NCBI RefSeq assembly: GCF_044704955.1
Contig: NC_092002.1
Location: 4,836,001-4,900,000 of the forward strand
Source: Pristiophorus japonicus
Lineage: Eukaryota
DNA: 64,000 bases
Reading direction: 5' to 3'
Below are positions 58,611-64,000 of the stretch, piece after piece (positions within the stretch are counted from its first letter, which is position 1; each line of letters starts with the position of its first letter). The position numbers and the translations under genes were made by a program. Below the pieces are notes generated by a model that was not told the DNA's origin, made no database searches, and worked only from the letters and a program-made list of their open reading frames with translations.

Positions 58611-60139
58611 TTCTCCTCTCTCTGCCCTCCACCTGCCCATTCACATTGAAAAGCACAAAAAAATTGGTGTGGAACCTAATTAAATAAATAAACTGGAAGG
58701 CTGCCTCCTCATGTGGAACAGAAAGCTGAATATTTTGATTTGATTTAAACCACTGATCCAGACTCTCGCTGTCTCCGCTGAATTGCCTGGGTTGAACCTG
58801 CTGGGAATCGCTCGCCTCTCGGACTGATTTAACACAGACCCAGTTGCACTCTCCCTGTCCCGTGACCCAGACATAAATCCCACAGAACAATTTTACTCAT
58901 CATTTAATGGTCAGTCGCTTGATTGGTATTTACCACCTGACAGCCTCTGATACGATTCCCAATCAGTTCAGGACTTGGAATTACTGTACTGCTTCTGCAT
59001 TAGTTTGAAAAATAAATCAGTCCGGAAAATGCAATTAGTTTTGGGAGCGCTGGGCTGTCGTCCCTCTGAGCTGTCGTCGGAAGAACAACAGGTGGCAAGG
59101 CAGTTCAGCCCATCGTGCCCGTGCTAGCTCAATGCTTGAGCGATCCACACCTGTCCCTGCTCTCTCCCTCAAACCCTGCTTCTTTCTCGTCTCTGTGAGA
59201 GAGCGATCCAATTAATCCCACTCCCCCGTAGCCCTGAAAATTTTTCCTTTTCAAGTATTTATCCAATTCCCCGTTTGAAAGTCACTATTGAATCTGCTCC
59301 CTTTCAGGCAGCGCGTTCCCAATCACAGCAACTCGCTGCGTAAAAATAACATTCTTCTCATCAACCCTGTTATAGAATCATAGAACAATAATAACGTCCC
59401 ATCATGTCTGTGCAGTCGACAAAGAGCTACCCAGCCTAATCCCATCTTCCAGCACTAGGTCCGTAGCCCTGTGGGTTACCCTCGCTAGTGCAATCACATC
59501 TTTCCTGTAATGCGGTGACCAAAACTGCACGCAGTACTCTAGCTGTGGCCTAACTAAAGTTTTATACAGTTCACGCATAACCTTCCTGCTCTTGCATTCT
59601 ATGCCTCAGCTAATAAAGGAAAGCATTCCATATGCCTTTTTAACCATCTTATCGACCTGGTCTGCTACCTGGTTCTTGATCCTTTTGCCATTTATCTTAA
59701 ATCTGTGTCCTCTGGTTACCCCACCCTCCAGCCACTGGAAACTGTTTCTCCCGATATGCTCCATCAAAACCTTTCATAATTTTGAAAATATCAAATCTTT
59801 TCTTAAACTTCTCTGCTCTAATGATAACAACCCCAGCTTCTACGCATAACTGAAGTCCCTCATCCCAGGGACAATTCGAGTAACACTCCTCTGCACTCTC
59901 TCCAAGGCTTTGAAATCCTTGCTAAAGTGCGGTGCTCAGAATTGGACACAGTACCCCAGGTGAGGCCGGGCTAGGGGAAGGGTTCTTTCATCACAGATGC
60001 CAAACTGTGAACACTTGAGATTGTGTCTGCCTGTGCAAAGGGTCCAGGTAGATATTAACAATCCCATGGCAACAGTTTGAAGAGGAATAGAGAGTTTTTC
60101 TGAAGTCCTGTCCAACATTCTTTTCCCCAACCGACAGTT

Positions 60140-61072
60140 GTCAGCCGTGGCTCAGTGGGCAGCACTCTCGCTTCTGAGTCACAAGTTCGAGTCCCACTCC
60201 AGGGTCTTGAGCACAAAAATCTAGGCTGACAATCCCAGTGCAGTGCTGAGAGAATGCTGCACTGTCGGAGGGGCAGTACTGAGGGAGCACCGCACTGTCG
60301 GAGGGGCAGTGCTGAGAGAATGCCGCACTGTCGGAGGGGCAGTACTGAGGGAGCGCCGCACTGTCGGAGGGGCAGTGCTGAGGGAGCGCCGCACTGTCGG
60401 AGGGACAATACTGAGGGAGTGCCGCACTGTCGGAGGGGCAGTACTGAGGGAGCGCCACACTGTCGGAGGGGCAGTACTGAGGTAGCGCCGCACTGTCGGA
60501 GGGACAATACTGAGGAACGCCGCACTGTCGGAGGGGCAGTGCTGAGGGAGCGCCGCACTGTCGGAGGGGCAGTACTGAGGGAGCGCCGCACCGTCGGAGG
60601 GGCAGTACTGAGGGAGCGCCGCACTGTCGGAGGGGCAGTACTGAGGGAGCGCAGCACTGTCGGAGGGGCAGTACTGAGGGAGCGCCGCACTGTCGGAGGG
60701 GCAGTACTGAGGGAGCGCTGCACTGTCGGAGGGGCAGTACTGAGGGAGCGCCGCACTGTCGGAGGTGCCTTCTTTCCGATGAGACGTTAAACCGAGGCCC
60801 CATCTGCGCTATCAGGTGGATGTAAAAGATTCCATGGCACTACTTAGAAGAAGAGCAGGGGAGTTATTCCGGGTGTCTTGGCCAATATTTATCCCTCAAT
60901 CAACATAATGAAAATAAAAAACAGATTACCTGATCATTATCATATTGCTGCTTGTGGGAGCTTGCTGTGTGTAAAATGGCTGCCCTGTTTGACCAAAAGA
61001 ACAGCCATTGTACTTTGAAAGCAATTGATTGCGTGTGAAATACTTGTGTTGTGGTGTTATATATAAATGTAC
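60140..61072 (+). mobile_element. DeuSINE-like element with ~16-unit minisatellite
   Basis: Head gtcagccgtggctcagtggg, array 60240-60765, body and degenerate tail. Confidence 0.87.
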
Positions 61073-62636
61073 CATTTTTGCCTCTGAGTTTATCACAGAT
61101 AGTTTCTGCAGTGGGGCTGGATCATCAGCCCATCCATTACTACCTTTTTTTTGTCTCTGAAATAAAGGAACCCATAAATAAAACAGCCCTGTTATATGAG
61201 GGAAAGAAATAAAAGCCTATTTGTGAAGCATTACTGGGGTCAAGGGATGCCTTGATATGATGAACATGGCTGGATGAATGCCTGGGGGAGCATTGATTTT
61301 TCAGAGCAGTATATTTTCCTGATGTACAGTCAGTATTAAACCCGGCTGTAGCAGTGTGTTAGTGATTGGTTTTATACCGAATGCGCTGTTTCCATTCGAT
61401 TATAAGCTGAGATCATTACTGTTCCTATTTCAATCTGAAATCTGGAGCGAGATGGGGGGTTGGGGAGAGAATAATTTAACCATCAGTTTTGTAAAAGCTT
61501 TGGCCTTCAAGGTTTTTTCTCCATCCCAATCAGACTAATTTCACAGAGCAGTCTAGGATCAGGAGGTCATTCAGCTCCTCAAGCCTGCCCTGCCATTCAT
61601 TTAGATTATGGCTGATCTGCATCTTAATTCCATTTACCCACCTTGGCTCCGTAACCCTTATTATCCTTGTCTCCACCTCCGTAACATCGCCCATTTTCAC
61701 CCCTTGCCTCAGCTCATCCGTTGCTGAAGCCCTCATCGGTGCCTTTGCTACCTCGAGACTTGACTATTCCAACACACTCCTGGCCGGCCTCCCACATTCT
61801 ACCCCATGTAAACTAGAGGTGATCCAAAACTCAGCTGCCCCCGTGTCCGAACTCTCACAGCGCATTCTGTTGCCTGGGCCCCAAGCTCTGGAACTCCCTC
61901 CCTAAACCTCTCCGCCTCTCTTTCCTCCTTCAAGATGCTCCTTAAAACCAACCTCTTTGACCAAGCTTTTGGTCACCTGCGCTAATTTCTACTTATGCAG
62001 CTCGGTGTCAAATTTTTTATCATGTAACGCTCCTGTGAAGCGTCTTGGGACGTTTCACTACGTTAAAGGCGCTATATAAATACAAGTTATTGTTGTTGTA
62101 TAATAAAATTCTCTCAATCTCAATTTTGAAATTGTCAATTGACAACCCCCTCCAGCCTGAACAGCTCTTTTGGGGGGGGGGGGGGGGGGGAGAGAGAGAG
62201 TTCCAGATTTCCATTGCTAGTTGGATCAGATTGCCAGGAATGTGTTTTGGCACAGGGAGTGTATGTCCAAGCTCATGTTGGCCGAGTGCACTGCTGTATG
62301 TGCCACTGAATCTGATCCGAGACCTGCTCAGCATCCCGACACTAGCGGCATTTCCAGCAGGGACGGTCGGATAGCGATCCAGAATGGAAATGCCTCCCCC
62401 CCCCGCGCCCCCCCAAACCCAGGCCAACGTGGAGCCCTGTCTGCTGTGGCTCCAGCTGATATTGGGTAACCGAGTCCAGACTGATGATGGGCTTGGAGAT
62501 CTGCCTGCTCTCTTGCTCAGGGGGAAGTGACCCATCAGGAAAAAGAAAGAATTTGCATTTTGACACCGCCTTTCACGACCACCGGACGTCCTAAAGCGCT
62601 TTACAGCCAGTTCCTGTTGTAATGTGGGAAATACGG

Positions 62637-62910
62637 TGTAATGTATTTGCTTAATGGACTCTTCGCTGAAGAATTCATAGCAACACATTGCTATTAAGAA
62701 CTAGTTGGTTTATCAGCAAAGGTTTAACAATCACAGTACACATTACCGGTTCATCCACCAGGCTCACAACTGCATACCCCATCGTGGATCCCCCGAACCC
62801 AACTGGCCGGGGTTTTATTGAGTCTTGTGAACATCACGTGACAGGCTAAGCCACTCCAAACTCAACATCTCTACAAACCTGTGAGCATCCTCACTGATGC
62901 ATATATTACA
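62637..62910 (-). mobile_element. Same element, copy 4, inserted into a DeuSINE-like element
   Basis: TGTAATG...TATTACA ends; SINE sequence resumes on both sides. Confidence 0.78.
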
Positions 62911-63370
62911 CGCAGCAGCCAATTTATGCACAGCAAGCTCCCACAAACAGCAATGTGATAATGACCATCTTTTTAGTGATGTTGATTGAGGGATAAATAT
63001 TGGCCCCAGGACACCGGAGATAACTCCCCTGCGCTGCTTCTAAATAGTGGCCGCGGGATCTTTTACGTCAACCTGAGAAGGCAGACGGGAACTCAGTTTA
63101 ACAAATATCTGAAAGACGGCCCCTCCGACTGTGTGGCACTCCCTGGGTACAGCACTGGGAGTGTCGGCCTAGATTTATGTGCTCAAGTCTCTTGAGATCC
63201 AGACACTTGATAGCATTTACCCCATCGCCCTCCCACGCTAACCGCTGATATTCCTTTCACCAATCTGCTCGCTGACCTGCATGGGTGTCTGTTGGCGATA
63301 ACACGCGCACGGCGGTTAATGTTCGCACTGCGATACTGACGACTTCTCTCACTTCTTTTGTCAATTTCAG

Positions 63371-63464
63371 ATTCTCAAACGAGGTTGCCACGTGAACGAC
63401 CGGGATGGGCTGACGGACATGACCTTGCTGCACTACGCGTGCAAGGCGGGAGCACACGGGGTCG
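63371..63464 (+). CDS. CLIP3: CLIP3 third coding exon, start of ankyrin repeats (ILKRGCHVNDRDGLTDMTLLHYACKAGAHGVG); gene continues beyond the right edge
   Basis: 94 nt, tttcag/ and /gtaggt; ankyrin TLLHYAC motif. Confidence 0.96.
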
Positions 63465-63472
63465 GTAGGTGG

Positions 63473-64000
63473 AAACATAGAAACATAGAAAATAGGTGCA
63501 GGAGTAGGCCATTCGGCCCTTCGAGCCTGCACCACCATTCAATAAGATCATGGCTGATCATTCCCTCAGTACCCCTTTCCCGCTTTTTCTCCGTACCCCT
63601 TGATCCCCTTAGCCGTAAGGGCCATATCTAACTCTTGAATATATCCAATGAACTGGCATCAACAACTCTCTGCGGCAGGGAATTCCACAGGTTAACAACT
63701 CTCTGAGTGAAGAAGTTTCTCCTCATCTCAGTCCTAAATGGCTTAACCCTTATCCCAGGACTATGTCCCCTGGTTGTGGACTTCCCCAACATCGGGAACA
63801 TTCTTCCCGCATCTAACCTGTCCAGTCCCGTCAGAATCTTATACGTTTCTATGAGATCCCCTCTCATCCTTCTAAACTCAGGTGAATAAAGGCCCAGTTG
63901 ATCCAGTCTCACCTCATATGACAGTCCAGCCATCCCTGGAATCAGTCTGGTGAACCTTCGCTGCACTCCCTCAATAGCAAGAATGTCCTTCCTCAGATTA
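63473..64000 (-). mobile_element. CR1-clade LINE 3' end just downstream of the CLIP3 exon donor
   Basis: aaacatagaaacatagaaaatagg tail; QRRFTRLIPGM ORF remnant. Confidence 0.88.

Noticed and set aside
60140-60215. tRNA-like sequences with A and B boxes (also ~18830-18900, 23050-23124, 31338-31410)
   Set aside because: They are SINE heads continuing into the SINE body, not stand-alone tRNA genes

Overview
Repeat-rich vertebrate genomic DNA, most likely from a cartilaginous fish (inferred from shark-type HE1/V-SINE, DeuSINE-like, CR1, L2 and RTE repeats). Three spliced genes can be reconstructed from splice sites and translation. (1) The first five coding exons of a classical-type calpain large subunit on the - strand (7697->74, running off the left end), with the catalytic Cys motif QGALGDCWFL intact and an unusual N-terminus. 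(2) A complete 8-exon EIF3K on the - strand (28147->12322, 218 aa), with a U12-type intron 3 and a CpG-island/TOP-like promoter. (3) The first three coding exons of CLIP3/CLIPR-59 on the + strand (51408->63464, running off the right end). Nearly all long ORFs in the supplied track are artefacts of a 33-bp minisatellite that has expanded inside one tRNA-headed DeuSINE-like element at nine loci, of LINE fragments, or of N gaps. Other notable structures: a 377-bp inverted duplication with template-switch junctions in a calpain intron; a Tx1/L1-like insertion with a 16-bp TSD inside one copy of a ~270-bp TG..CA element; CTCF-like motifs carried by transposons; and orphan promoter-like clusters. 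Exon coordinates were counted by hand from splice sites; repeat boundaries are approximate and family names come from recognition, not database searches.
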